Made by a program: the position numbers and the translations under genes. The notes beneath the pieces are model-generated. The model saw nothing but the letters and a program-made list of their open reading frames with translations. It did not search any database and had not been told where the DNA came from. Below are positions 39,790 through 53,607 of a stretch of 64,000 nucleotides of DNA, piece after piece. The stretch comes from Octopus vulgaris (lineage: Eukaryota): assembly GCA_951406725.2 (NCBI GenBank), contig OX597816.1, forward strand, positions 99,696,001-99,760,000. Direction: 5' to 3'. The number at the start of each line of letters is the position of its first letter. Within the stretch, counting starts at the first letter, position 1.

Positions 39790-40060
39790 CTTATTATGCC
39801 CTTAATCAAAATTACATTTCTTGAAATTGACTCTAAGAAGTAAGAGAAAAATGCTCAGGAGCAAGAATATTGGAGATCCATTACCAACTTTTGAGATCAG
39901 TAGGACAGCCAAACAAGAAGAAAAGAGGAAGTGCAAAAAGAACTTAGACAAGAACAACTAAGAAAGGACCTTCCATCCAGAACTACATGTCTCACTTGTG
40001 GAAGAAATTTCTGAGCAAGAACTGGACACATCAGTCATCTCAGAATCCATCAATAACAAT
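39790..40060 (+). mobile_element. RTE-like LINE 3' end with C2H2 zinc finger
   Basis: TCLTCGRNF*ARTGHISHLRIH at ~39984-40050, preceded by EKNAQEQEYWRSI. Confidence 0.75.
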
Positions 40061-40489
40061 AAAAAGTAAACAAAGACAACCATCCATGACCTTGAGGGAT
40101 GGCCACAAGGTCATCTACATTATAGCTACACTTGATCTTTTTAATGTATTTCTATACCAAATTCCTATTTCTATGCTTTTATATTTTATCCTCTGTGATG
40201 CTTGAATTTTCTTTCTCTGTGCCTAAGTATCATATCTATATATCCATGCTATTTGTTGTAACTTATATCAAATGCTATAGCTACTTTTTAAAGTCTTTAT
40301 CTGTTTTTATCTAATTCTCTATGTTATATCTCTGTAGTCTATTTCCAATACTTTATATTATCTCCCTTTATTATCTGATAAATCTAATACTTTCTATTAT
40401 CAACAATTTAAATATTATGCTTTTTGATATAGTAAAATGATTCTTATCAAATGAAGCTATTTAGTTCAGTTTTGATACTCTTTTGTCAC

Positions 40490-41720
40490 TCTACCCAGCA
40501 GTAATGCAGTGAAATAGTGATTGGTCTGTTTGAAAACTCTAACCAATGATGAGATTGTTCACATTTTGATATAAGCAAATAAAAAATCTATTATTGTTTG
40601 TGTGCAAGCTCTGTAGAAAAACAGGTAAATTCCCTGCAAGGAAAGTCCTCATTATAATTTCTATCCTTGGTTGATTCTATTTCACTTAGCTTCACTAATA
40701 GCACTAATTCTCTTAGGAATTTTGTGAAAGTTACATTTATTATTATTCTATTTTGAAATTTTATGTCTTTTTTGCTGAATTTGAAAGAACCAAATATCAT
40801 TAGTAACTTTAACAAATTTGGATAAATTTGGCTGTAGTGAAGAAATGAGGTCACTTATGTTTCAAGTAATGTACATTGTAAGAGAACCAAAATTTGTTTT
40901 AATGAAGCAGTGAGCATATAATTGTACCTGTCTACTCAGTGCTACCATAAACATTTTAAAAACTTTTCTGTCACTAGTAATGGGTTTTGCTCAAAACATC
41001 AGTAACTACATCATGTTATGGTATATAGACTTTTCTAAATTTGCAAACCTCATTAAATGATTTTTGCCAGTGCAGTTCACTATTTGTTTCCTAATACTGG
41101 TTTTCATATTCAATATTATTAGTGTTTATATTTTCTAATTTTGGCAATGAAAATAATATAGGTAGTAGGGATAAGTGTTTTTCCAGATGTGTATCCTTGC
41201 AACTGATAACCATTACAGTGTGTAAAATAGGTGGGAATTGTCTTGTAGCCAAGTCTTTTGCCTAGCTCCAGAGTATGAACAATACATGTCTAAATTTCTT
41301 GGGTAAGTTAAAAAAGTATAATTTTTTTAGATTATTAACCTCATCTTTAAAGATAAAAGATGGTTCAATACTTAGATTTACTTGATGTTTTGATTTATTT
41401 GATCTCTGATTATCATCTCTGAGTATCTTATTTTTGGATGAGGACATATTATTCATGATTCAAAACAGGATTTTTAATTTTAAGCTAAATTTTATGCACT
41501 TGGTCACAGACACATGTACAAGGAATAAGACACCTGATGACAATCAGAGATATTGTTCACCATAATGCAATGAAGGTGCAAATAATGAAAACTGTTTTCC
41601 TTTCTGAAGATGAAGTTATCAATCTGGAAAATGATAATTTCATGATATAATACTTTGAATTCATTAACACAAGAACAATATACCATCATACGCTCTGACA
41701 TAACACCTGACCAGCATTTA
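40490..41720 (-). mobile_element. Degraded hAT transposase remnant
   Basis: Minus-strand IMVNNISD (first-D-like region), YSGA...HLFYTHCNGYQLQ (HCxxH-type motif), and a C-terminal dimerisation-like region. Confidence 0.5.
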
Positions 41721-43128
41721 ACTGGATCTTATAAAAACAATTACATAAAGTGGAATTTGTTGGGGTTTCTGTGAAGAGAAGGAATATCTAGTGAGTTGTT
41801 CAGTATCTGTTTACTACCAACAAGCCTACTTATAACCACTTATCAACCTATCACTAACATATCTCTAATCCCATCAGTAGCCACAGTAATATTTCACATT
41901 AAATAGACACCCACATAACCATTAACAACCCTATCATTTTCCATTAATCAACCAATCAATTATAACACCATACTCTTGCCTCAAAACACTGAAATACTGT
42001 TTCACACTGGCACAAAGCCAAAGATTTGCAGAGATGAATTATAATCAAATTTATCAGCCCCAGTACATGACAGGTATGTATTTTATCAACTGTGATTGAA
42101 TAAAAGGCAGTAATAGCTTTTTTAAAGTAGTTAAATATCTTACCTAAGAAAATAAGGAAATTATCAACAGTAAGATGTGCACTCACAACTAAGAGTGCCT
42201 CTACTCAATTCCTACCTAAACAAATAACAAAGAACCAGAAATTATAATTGTAACATCTATAATGCTAGAAAATATAATTGGCAATTCAAATAACCAAATT
42301 ATATTTCAAATATTTGAATAGAATAAATAGATTTATACTCTCCACTGATATGAGATTTTAATTATTTTCTAATGATAATGAGACAACAAATCTGAACAGT
42401 TTTATTATGAAAACCAAACAGTATTTAATTAAAAATCACATTTCATTAAATTAACTCTACACTCTTAGAAAACAAATATTTAAGAACAAAATAATTGAGA
42501 GAAGCTGCAAAAAGTTTCTGAAGACTGTTAGCTTCCATTTTGTTCTCTCCCTCCTCAGCAAGTTGGGAATATAAACATAATGGCAGCAGCTAAAAAGTAA
42601 GGCCATTACTTGATTGTTTTTTTAAAACATGAGCAGCACAGAACTGGCATTTTAGTCCTGGACTTAACTTTTTTGCAGAGACATGGCAACAATAGCCACC
42701 TTTTGCAGTAAGTGTTACTGTGTTGTTTTGGTGAATCTTCCTATATTTCAGTCTGCCTCTTGGCACACATTCTTTTCCACACTCTTTGCAAACAGAGATA
42801 CCATATAATGCATATATAACAACTTGTGTATGTGTGTATGCGTGTATGTGTGTGTGTGTGTAGCTTCTCTGATATCTTTTAGACAGGCATAACCACACTC
42901 ATTACATGCTAAATCAGGCTGTGTCCCAACTTACTCATTCAAATTAACATCAAAGCTGTTACAAACATTTCTCTTGAGCTTTTGAATGCTAGATACAAAT
43001 TTGTGTTGAAAGACCCTTTGGGATAGAAAGAGCTGAAGTATACCAGTGAGACTTGAAGCCACATCTCCAGTAGATATGTGCGTATGTATGAATATTATAT
43101 CTATCTGTGTGTGTATGCAGGAATGCAT

Positions 43129-43199
<71 letters not shown>

Positions 43200-43529
43200 T
43201 ACATGTATACGAGAAGTGGTTTGAAACGGTCATACCCTGACTATGAAGGAGTGATGCTTGAGCTGTGAAAGCTTACATGCATCAACTTCAAGTCTTCATA
43301 TAAATAACTGCATTTCATGTTGCTCCAGTTCATTCAGCTGTAGAAATGAATTGTGATGTGACTGGTGCTAAGCTGTATCAGCCTTTGTCTTTCCCTTGGA
43401 TAATATCAGTGGCTGGTTTGCATGGGCAACTGCTGGTCTTCCATAAAAACAACCTTGCCTGGACTTGTGTTTCAGAGGGAAACTTTTTAGGTGCTATCCC
43501 ATGGTCATTCATGACAAAGTGGGGTCTAA

Positions 43530-43900
43530 AATTTTTTCCCAGGTAAACTTACACCCGACAATTCAAAGAAGACTTCAAAAGTAACTAGTAGCAACTTCTC
43601 TTGACAAAATTTGGTATCCTGCTATTATCAAGTTCCCACATAGAAATGGTTTAGACCCCACCATCACCACCTCCAATGACATTCTTACTGACATGGTTGC
43701 TACATTTAGGGATGACACTCCAGCTTTATCAACAGTGCAAAAGCGGGCAGCTGAAGTTAGGAGGGAGAAACAGAGTCTTGAAGATGACCCAAGGTCTGAA
43801 CATCCTGCAACTGCCACCACCGAAGAAAACATTGAGTGAATTCACCACATGACGATAGATGACTATAAATCAAATAGCCAATGCTCTTAGCATACCCTAT
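43530..43900 (+). mobile_element. Mariner 5' fragment (HTH region)
   Basis: DMVATFRDDTPALSTVQKRAAEVRREKQSLEDDPRSEHPATATTEENIE. Confidence 0.85.
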
Positions 43901-44573
43901 TAGATTAAATTATTTTAAGAAAGAGCTAAATGTGCTTTCTCTAAATCCAACTTATTAGTATCACAGTGAAGATTCATTAGATGAATAAATGCACATACTT
44001 GGGAGTGTACATCAACAGTTTATCAAATACACCAACTGAACCACATATTTACAAACACCTTGTTGATTTGTTTGTGGCCAGCTTCAACTCTCTTAGCATA
44101 CATATATACATAAACATATATATATACATACATGCATACACACACATACACACACACACATACACATGCACAATGACCATCTTTCAGTTTCTGTCTCCCA
44201 AATCCATTTAGAAAGCTTTGGTCTGGATAGGCCAATAGCAGAATAGTAGAAGGTACTTTGCCCAACGCGTTGTGCTGGGAGACTGAATCTAGAAATATAT
44301 GGCAGTAAAGTGAACTTCTTAACCACACAACTATCATCATCATCATTATCATTCTTTCATGTTTGCTTTCTCTTTTGTGCATCACATTGCAGTGTTCTCT
44401 CTCATACTTTACACCCAATTCTTCTTGCTTACAGTTTTCTCTCAACTCTTTAATATTTTGTCATACATGCATTCAGCTCCAAACCAAAATTGCACACCCA
44501 GCAAAGCATGTTTGCTTCATTTCATTCTAGTCTCCATAAATCTTCTATATTCAAAGTTTATGTCTTGATACCG

Positions 44574-44730
44574 TGCAGGTGTGATTGTTGTGGTAAGTAG
44601 TTTGCTTTGCAGCTACATGGTTCTGGGTTCAATCCCACTGTGTGGAATCTTGGGCAAGTGTCTTCTGATATACTCCTGGGCTGATCAAATCCTTCTGAGT
44701 AGATTTGGAAGATGAAAACATCCCATTATA
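44574..44730 (+). mobile_element. SINE family A, 5' head
   Basis: gtggtaagtagtttgc...catggttctgggttcaatcccactgtgtgg...ttgggcaagtgtcttct; similar heads at ~30955, 39468, 44180(-), 51260(-). Confidence 0.8.
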
Positions 44731-45067
44731 CATACATATATGTTATGTGTGTGTGTGTGACTAAGCATGTGTGTGTGCGTGTGTGTGTGCACATGCACAT
44801 CTGTGATGCTGTCTACTTGCCTTAACATTGCAAGCATTATCCCTCATTTCTAAACTTCTATGGAAACACATCTGGTTATGAGAAAATATGACCTTACTCG
44901 GAAACAAATTAAGGTTGATTACAGGAAGAGCATCCAGCTGTAGAAAAATCTGCCTCAAAAATTCCAATGAGAGCTTGAAAAAGTAAGGGAAGTAAATGTG
45001 AAAACAATGATGACGGTGATGATGTTGATAATGTTGATGATGATATATGTGTATGTATGTATGTGTG

Positions 45068-45107
<40 letters not shown>

Positions 45108-45312
45108 TTGAAGCCAATGGCAATTTTATTGACTATATGTATATGTGTGTGTATGTGTGTGTATATATATATATGTGTATATATGTGTGTGTGTGTGTTT
45201 GTATGTATGTATGTCTATATATATATAGACATGCATACACACATACATATATGTATATATTCATACATACGGATATATGATATATACATACATATATATA
45301 TATATATTTATA

Positions 45313-46204
45313 CAGGGTGCAATGGGTAAATTGTCGCAATTTCATATTTTTAATTTTGCACGTGTGCATTGTTTGTTTTTCATTTTGTCAGACTACACTA
45401 TATAGTAGGGTCAACTGGGCACCATCTGTTAGAAAAACACCACTATGACACAATTCACTCGGCCAGAAATTTGGAAACAACATGTTGTACTGCTTGGCAT
45501 TCACACCAGAAGCTCCAGTACAAACATTTCAGAGTGTTTGGGTGTCAATCTAAGGACAGTGCAATCTAAGGACATGTACTGGGTGTGATAAAGATCAAAC
45601 ATCCTGTCAACATCATGGTGTCTGGAGTGATCACTAGTAATGGCAACATTATGCCTCCATTCATCTTCCAACATGTCCTCACACTCAACATGGGGGCCTA
45701 CATCAGGTGCCTGGGGGAGGTAGTGCTGCCTTTGATCAAGAGGGTGGCTGCTAGAAGACCCTATGTCTGGCAATAGGACTCTGCACTATGCCACACAAGC
45801 AGGAGTACCCAGTCATGGCTGTCAGACAATTTCTGCAAGCACATCACCCCTAACATCTGACCACCTAAGCCCCTAGACTGCAACTCCTTTGATTATTATG
45901 CGTGAAGTGCAGTTGAGCGAGAGACTAACAGAACTCTTTGTAAGACAAAAGGTGAAATGAAGGCAAGGATTATGGCAACATCCACCAGCTTAAACAAAGA
46001 GACTGTCCAGAAGAGTTGCAGGAGATTCTGAAGTCGTCTGGAGGATGTGGTTGAAGCCAATGGCGATTCTGTTGAATGAATTTACTCTTTCAGATTTCAA
46101 GATATTGTTATGTAATTTTGGTTTATATACATCTGTTAAAATGAGATGTCAGTGTTATTTTCCTTTTTGTGTAATTTAGACAACAGTTTATTAACTGCAG
46201 CCTG
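45313..46204 (+). mobile_element. Tc1/mariner DD37D (maT-type) element, internally deleted
   Basis: Ends TA|cagggtgca ... tgcagcctg|TA; HPVNIMVSGVITSNG...YVWQ*DSA...DCNSFDY with 37 residues between the last two Asp. Confidence 0.88.
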
Positions 46205-47020
46205 TATCTGCATACACACACACACATACATATACATGTGTGTGTGTATACACATATATATATGAGTGTGCTCACATATAAACGCACACAGAAAGACCCT
46301 AACTTTTATATGCTAGTGCAAAAATCAGATTTTCGTTAATGCACATAAAATAAGCTGCAGTTGTATGTCAAAGGAGTAAATGATTTGGTGTGTGTACTGT
46401 ATTATTAGTGCCATCCACCAATCATGAGATAGTTCTTTTAAATATTGCTCTCTTGGGATTCTTTTTTACTTTCTTTCATTTTTTTCATCTCTGGGGAATA
46501 CAAACAGATTATGTGTCAATTGAATAACTGTTCATGTACATTGATATTACATTCATTAGATAAATGAGCATAAGATACAGTGATTCCTTATTGCAAAAGA
46601 TATAAATGTACATATGTGTGTTCGTATTTCATGTGTTTGTGTGTGTGTGTGTGCATGTACTTTCATAAGTATGGGCTTATGTACAAATGTGTGTATCTAT
46701 GTGGCTATATGTGTGTGTGTGTATGTATTTGTGTATGCATGCGTGTGTGTGTGCACATGTGTGTACACATGTATTTGTGAAATTGTTATCTGATAGGTTA
46801 ATATATTATTTAAACAGCAGACAAAGTGATGTACTACTATGTTGTAATAAACGCTGGAAAATGAGGTGTTAGAAAATAGACATATAAAGCCAAATGTGTT
46901 ATATTTATACATTAATGTACAGCTGAATATGATAGGCAGCTTGATATGATTGTATGTTTTCAATAAATTAAATACACAACATGGTCTCAGTTCGCAACCA
47001 ATTGCAGCCATATCACTTAC

Positions 47021-47073
47021 TTTCTTATGTCTTTTTTTGCAAAACATTAAATGTGTCCATTTTCTCTCTTTTT
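47021..47073 (-). CDS. Candidate exon (phase 1-0): KERKWTHLMFCKKRHKK
   Basis: Acceptor gtcttacgtttatag, donor AAA|gtaagt; only one frame open. Confidence 0.38.
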
Positions 47074-47202
47074 CTATAAACGTAAGACTTGTTACATAAT
47101 TAAGAATTATTGCACAGTCAATTAACTAAGTCCAAAAAATGTTGTGAGCTGGTAGTGTTAGATACATGTGGTAGAAAATATCTAAAGAACATAAAAGAGC
47201 AA

Positions 47203-48486
47203 TCAGGTCATCAAGTATGAAATTTGTAGAAAAGGGGAAAAAGTTTGCTAATGTTTTATAAATACAAGGAATAGTTTTATTCATCGAAGTATGCACCCAT
47301 ATTGTCAATACGCTTTTGTTATTTCAGCGGTAGCTTGTCCAGCCTGGCACGTAAAAGCCTGGCAATTTAGAGTCAATAAAATCTTGGAAGGCCTGTTTTA
47401 CAGCATTGTTGGAATTAAATTTTTTCCCTATTGAAAAGTTATCCAAATTCTGGAAGAAGTGGTAGTCAGTGGAGGCAAGATCAGGTGAGTATGGTAGATG
47501 ATGCAGAACTTCCAACTCCAACTTCTGTAGTTTCGCCAAAGTCATTTTTGTGATGTGTGATCTGGTGTTGCCTTGCAGTAAAATAGGAGTGGATCTGTTG
47601 ACTAATCTAGGTTGGTCTTTTTTTTTGTAAGTTTCTGCATCATTTGGTCCAGTTGGTAGTAGTATACTTCAGCCATGATTGATGAGCCAGGTTTAATGAA
47701 ATCATAATAGATCAAATCTCTGTCAGATCACCAAACACACCATCGGTTTCTTTTGATGAATTTTGCATTTTGGACTGTGTTTTGGTGACCCATCTTTGTC
47801 CAACCATTGTGCTGAATGTTTACAGTTATTGTATTGGATCCATTTCTCATCACATGTTGCAATTCAATTCAAAAATGATTCATTTTTGTGATGAGAAATA
47901 AAAGCATAAGGCAAGCTTCCAAATGTTGCTGTTTCAGATCTTTATTGAGTTCATGTTGAACCCACTTATCCAGCTTTTTCACTTTACTAGGTGAATCAAT
48001 ATTGATTGCTTGCTAACAGCAAACAACAACGATAATTCGTGGGCACGCTGAGATGGATCTGACTCGACTGTGGCTTTCAGTTTGTCATTATACACCTTTG
48101 TTTCTGGTCGACCACGTTGCTCATTTGTGAGGTCTAAGTTACCTGAACAAAATTTTGCAAACCAATTTGATACTGTCTGCTGTGTAATAACATTAGAGTG
48201 AAATACTCCATTAATATTCCGAGCTGTCTGTGATGCTGTATTTCCAAGAAAGAACTCATATTTCAAAACTGTACGAATTTCCAACTTATCCATCTCTAAA
48301 CAAAAATAGCAAAAAAAAAACATTTATAAATACTTTATAAAGTGCAAAATGAGTTAGAATAATGAAATAGATGTGTCAGCTTTCTAACCAAAAATAAAGA
48401 TTGTCAAAATATATTAATGGCACAAAATGAGCAGCTGTCAAAGTTTACCTTATACCTTACTACAAATTTCATACTTGATGACCTAA
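47203..48486 (-). mobile_element. Full-length defective mariner (1284 bp)
   Basis: TIRs tcaggtcatcaagtatgaaatttgtag / ctacaaatttcatacttgatgacctaa; MDKLEIRTVLKYEF...WFAKFCSGNLDL and LHHLPYSPDLASTDYHFF; frameshifted. Confidence 0.95.
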
Positions 48487-48569
48487 TAGTAGAGTTGACT
48501 GATGTGACAACATTGAGCTTCAGAGATGAGATGATGCAAGATTGTAACATTGTATTGCAGATCAAGCCA

Positions 48570-48900
48570 ATTGATGATGATGGGGTGGAAGTGATGGTGG
48601 TGGTGGTGACGGTTGCAGCAGCAGGATGGGGTGGGGTTGGTTGATGGCAGTGGTGGGTGGTGGTGATGGAGGTGGTGGGTGGGGTGTGAAAACAGTGGTG
48701 GCAGTAGCAACCGTAGTGGTGATGGTGGTGGTGATTTTGACAGAAAGTGTAACAGTTGTGGTGACAGCAACATTGACATTGGGTGTTATAGTGATGGTAG
48801 TGCAACTGCTAGTGATGGTGGTAGAGACCTTTGTAGTGGTTATTGGTTGTGGTGTTTGTGTTAGCAGTGATGATGATGATGGTGGTGGTGGTGATGATGT
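48570..48900. repeat. GGT/GAT-rich low-complexity tract
   Basis: Degenerate triplet repeats. Confidence 0.85.
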
Positions 48901-50524
48901 AATGACTATATTAAGAATGGTAGACTGAGACATAATTGACTGACTATTTTGTAATAATCTTAACTACATTTATTTAGTGAAGTTACTTATGTGAGTAATC
49001 ATGGGACTTATTTACCAGGTCACAGATTTATAGGAGAAATTAATGAGATTCTATAATATTTATGCCTCTTTCAAAAGCATTTATACCAATAGAAATTAAA
49101 AGTTGCTTACAGAATGAGTCTCCCAGACACTTACCTGTAATCAACTTATTTCTAATTTCACACTATTGTGAATATTAGTTTCTCAAGAATACACAGAAAT
49201 CTGAGACTATTGAAGACTTGACTGGGCAGGGAAAATTTTATAAGTGTCTAAAAGATAGAAAAAGATGTTTGAATAAATAATTTCATTGCAGACAGATTTA
49301 GCCATAATTATGTAAATTAATTTCAGCAACAAGATTAAAATTTGTCAGGAAGTGTACAGTCATTTGGTTTAATATGCCCAGAGGTCATTTTTGGAAACAT
49401 TATAGCCAATTCCATAATTTAGTATTTCTTTTAAAATTCCTGTCAGGTTTAGTAATATGATGAGATGTCAGGCGCTGGATTGCTAGAAGCAAACTAGACA
49501 AAACAAAAGAAATGTGTACATTCTACAACTCTTTTGGTTGTAGTTTAGTCCCAGTTTCCTCAAACTGAGGAAACCTAGGGCCAAAAGCATCTTGTGACTA
49601 AGCTCTCATTTAGTCACAGGTCCATCCCATTTGAGCAAACCTATGATCAAAAGTGCTATAATCAAGACTTCTTTTTAAATCAATGTATCTAATACTGCAT
49701 TATTCAGTACAATATTTGATATCATTTTCAAGATGGAAAAGGGCAATGTAAAAAAAATTTGACTGTTATTTTTTGCAGCTTCAGTAATCACATAGTCACC
49801 CCTTTGTTGGCTTATAACTTTCTCTCTTGCTGTACGAACCCTTACCAGTAGATATAACGAGCAAGTACATTTTATTTAATTTATATACTCAAATGTTCCA
49901 CTGGCAATCATGAGATCATGGATTCAAGTGGGCGGTGCACTGTATTTTTGATTAAAACATATCATCTCACATTGCTCAGTGATCGCTTCAATATCTGATG
50001 TATGACATACTGTGCACTTGTTCAGGCAAAATCGATTTGATGGAGAGAGTGAACAAATGTACGGCCTTTGTTCACTATAAACAAATCATTTGTGCAGGTT
50101 GTTAAGCAAGAAACTGCAGAACTGTCTTTCTTTGACTTAAGAGACTATCATCAAATATACTCAAACATGTTATATTATTAGTCATGGTATTTGATATCCA
50201 AATATAATGTTGGAAGAAGTCCAGCTTTTGGTTTAATGTTAAAAGTTGAGGATATACATATCAGCTTGAAAATTTCATAAGGTTTCTCAAATACTTTAAA
50301 TCATTATTTCATTATTTCTTTCAATTTACTCAGTAATTAAATCCTGGATTAAGAAATTAGACAATTTAAAAGATAGAAAAGGTAATTTTGTTTACCTGAC
50401 CAACACCAAGTTATAGTTCTCTTGTGATGATCAACTTTGCGAATAATATTCATCTACATATGATATTTTAATTTTTCAGTTATTAGATTTAGTTTTTAAT
50501 GAAGTAGACTGAGACATCTTTTAG

Positions 50525-50720
50525 CTCTTTCAGTCACTGGACTATGGTCATGCTGGGGCATTACTTTGAAGAGTTTAGTCAAATAAATCTAACCCAGTAC
50601 TTATTTTTTAAGTTTGGTACATATACTATGGGTTTTGTTTGATAACTTATAGGAAGAAAAACAACACCAGTTATCAAGTGGGGTACAGGGTGATAAACAA
50701 TAAAGACAAAGATACACACA
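50525..50720 (-). mobile_element. SINE family A, 3' half
   Basis: ttcagtcactggactatggtcatgctggggca...cccagtacttattt. Confidence 0.75.
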
Positions 50721-50773
50721 CATGCATATGCATACATATACATACATACAACATACATACATACATACATACA

Positions 50774-51253
50774 CCAAAGAAGACTTGGGATGAGATAGCA
50801 CAGCTTGATCTTCAAACCTTGGGTTCATGGAAGCAATAACTAGTGACTGAGACCTTCGGCAGTATGCCATACTTCAGAAGACCCATCAAGCCCAGTGAAA
50901 TCATAATCGTGGCCATTGTCAGTGTCATGTAACTGGCACCCGTGCTGGTGACACATAAAAAGCATCTTTCGAGCATTGGGCCTCACAGAGACAATGACAG
51001 ATGACAGAGACCTTTGGCAATATGCCAAGGGAAATCATAGTCATGGCAAGTACTGGTGTCACGTAACTGGCATCCATGCTGGTAGCACATAAAAGCACCC
51101 ATTACACTCTCAGAATGGTTAGCATTAGGAAGGGTATCCAGCCATGGAAACCATGCCAAATCAAACTGGAGTCTAGTGCAGCCCCTCAACTTACCAGCCC
51201 ATGCCATCCAACCCATACCAGCATGGACAACAGATGTTAAATGATGATGATGA
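50774..51253 (+). mobile_element. RTE LINE 3' fragment with internal ~140-bp duplication
   Basis: PKKTWDEIAQLDLQTLG; gagacct(t)..gcagtatgcc...gtaactggca..gctggt occurs twice; ends gttaaatgatgatgatga. Confidence 0.85.
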
Positions 51254-52739
51254 CACACTACAGGCTTCCTCACAGTTTCTGTCAACCAAATTCACTCAGA
51301 AAGCATTGGTCAGTCTTGTCTATAGTAGAAAGCACTTACTCATTGTCATCTTGGTGCATAAATCAACCTACTTTTTCGACTGTAAACTTTTGTCTGAAAA
51401 AAATTGACTTCTATGCTAGAAAATATGGAAGTAGTCCATTAAACTGAGTACAGAGCTCAACATAGGTAGTATGCAGAATTTATTTCTTATGACATTAGCG
51501 TATGTTAGATTTCCTATAAGTGTTAACCTTAAATATATATAAATGAATATTTTAAAATTATTTTCTGGCTCACAGTCATGCCATCTTCTGTCCCACAGAG
51601 AAACAGTTACCATATTCAGTGAGTAACCAGAGTGAAATTGTAATGTCTTTCTTAATGCAACTCACATGCTTAGTATTATGTTTTCTAGAGAGCAATGTGC
51701 AAATCTGTGGATTAAACATATCTTAGTGTATGTTTTATTATTTTGTCTGAAGAATGAGTCATCAAAACACTTACATCCTCATTTCACCAAAATTAAGTTC
51801 CTTCTAAATGCAGTGGAAATATCAATTTCAAATTTTGGCACAAAGCCAGAAATTTCAGAGGAAGGATAATTTAGTTACTTCAATCCCAGTGCTGAACTAG
51901 TACCTATTTTTATTGACCTCCTAAAAGGATGAAGGACAAAGTAAATTCAATGGAATTTCGAACTCAAAATGTAAAAACTAACAAAATGCCATTTTAAATG
52001 TAGTGGAAATATTATTTTAAACTTATGTAATTGTTCATTAGTACCTGTTTCCCATCTTGAACAGACATTTTAGTAGTTTGACTGAAAAAGAATGGCAGCG
52101 CGTATCTTTTCCAGCTCTTTCTAGCATATCTTTAGCGTGTAGCTATTGTCTAGTTTGAACCATCTAAATCTTGTAACTGTAACAAACAGTAGTTTGAATT
52201 ACTATAAGTTGGTTACAAGATTTAGGAAGAAAAACAGATTTAAAGACAGCTTAACAGAAAAAGGATTATGTAAGCTAGGTGTTCAAGTGAGTTAGGGTCA
52301 TAAAGGGAGGAGGGAGTAATGGTATTAGTTGGAGATGAGTTCAGAGAGAAAACACAGAGAAACATCAGTTGCTTAGTAACTGTATAAGAACAAGAAATGA
52401 TATTACTGAGTGTTGCCTATTAACAAACAACCATTTTAAGAGGATAGCATCTTATCTATGTTACTTGAATCAGAGTTTTATATGGCATATACATATATAT
52501 ATATGCATTTATATTTACACACACACATACAAATATATATATATATATATATATCTGTGTGTGTATTACATATATATAAATGCATATATATTTACATACA
52601 TATATATCTATATATATCTATATATCAGCATGGCTGCAGCTAAAAGTGGTACATCAGCATGGTTGCAGCTTAACAGCGGTGCATCAGCATGGCTGCAGTT
52701 CTGAGCTGGAACTACAGAAAAAAAAAATATATATATGTG

Positions 52740-52779
<40 letters not shown>

Positions 52780-52855
52780 ATGCATACATATATATATTTC
52801 TACATACATACACATTTATATATATATCTTTATATATGTATATCTGTATGTATAC

Positions 52856-52889
<34 letters not shown>

Positions 52890-53002
52890 CGTTTATTGGC
52901 TAAACTGGCAAAATGACCATTCCGAAACACAACAATATATATATATACATATATAATATACTCAGAAATGGATGCGTGGGTATTCAATCATATAATAATA
53001 TA

Positions 53003-53043
<41 letters not shown>

Positions 53044-53275
53044 TGTACATATATACATCATCATCATCATCGTTTAATGTCCGTTTTCCGTGCTAGCACA
53101 GGTTGGACAGTATATATATATATATGCATATATGGGCACAGGGTGTCACAAAACATGAAATACGAAATATGAAGACAAACTTGGGAATGTGAACAACAAG
53201 AGAAACAATTGGAAAACCAGACAAGTAACATAAAGAATGACTCTTTATCAGTTGTTGTCTGTCCATCTAATCCTC

Positions 53276-53607
53276 ATTTCGAGCAATTAATGACAATATG
53301 AGACTTCAAAAAGGCAGTTGCTCCTGTGAACCAAAATAAATTTGGGATTTGTGGAGGGTCAAAGTTGGTAACAAAAACAGGATAGTGGAGACATACAACA
53401 AACCAAACGAAAACAAGGTAGCATTTGCTACCTTACCTCGTCTGGCCTAATGTTTGTTTTTGTTTGTTTACGTTTGGTTAGTTGTATGTCTCCACTGTCC
53501 TGTTTTTTGTTACCAGCTTTGACCCTCCACAAATCCCAAATTTTTATTTTGGTTCATGGGAGCAACCACCTTTTCGAAGCCTCATATTGTTGTTAATTGC
53601 TTGAAAT
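53276..53607. repeat. Long inverted repeat (~140-bp arms)
   Basis: tttgggatttgtggagggtcaaagttggtaacaaaaacagg versus cctgttttttgttaccagctttgaccctccacaaatcccaaa. Confidence 0.92.

Noticed and set aside
51560-51710. TEYGNCFS / HCSLENIILS resemblance to DEG/ENaC channels
   Set aside because: The motifs are in different frames with stops, and no other channel exons were found.
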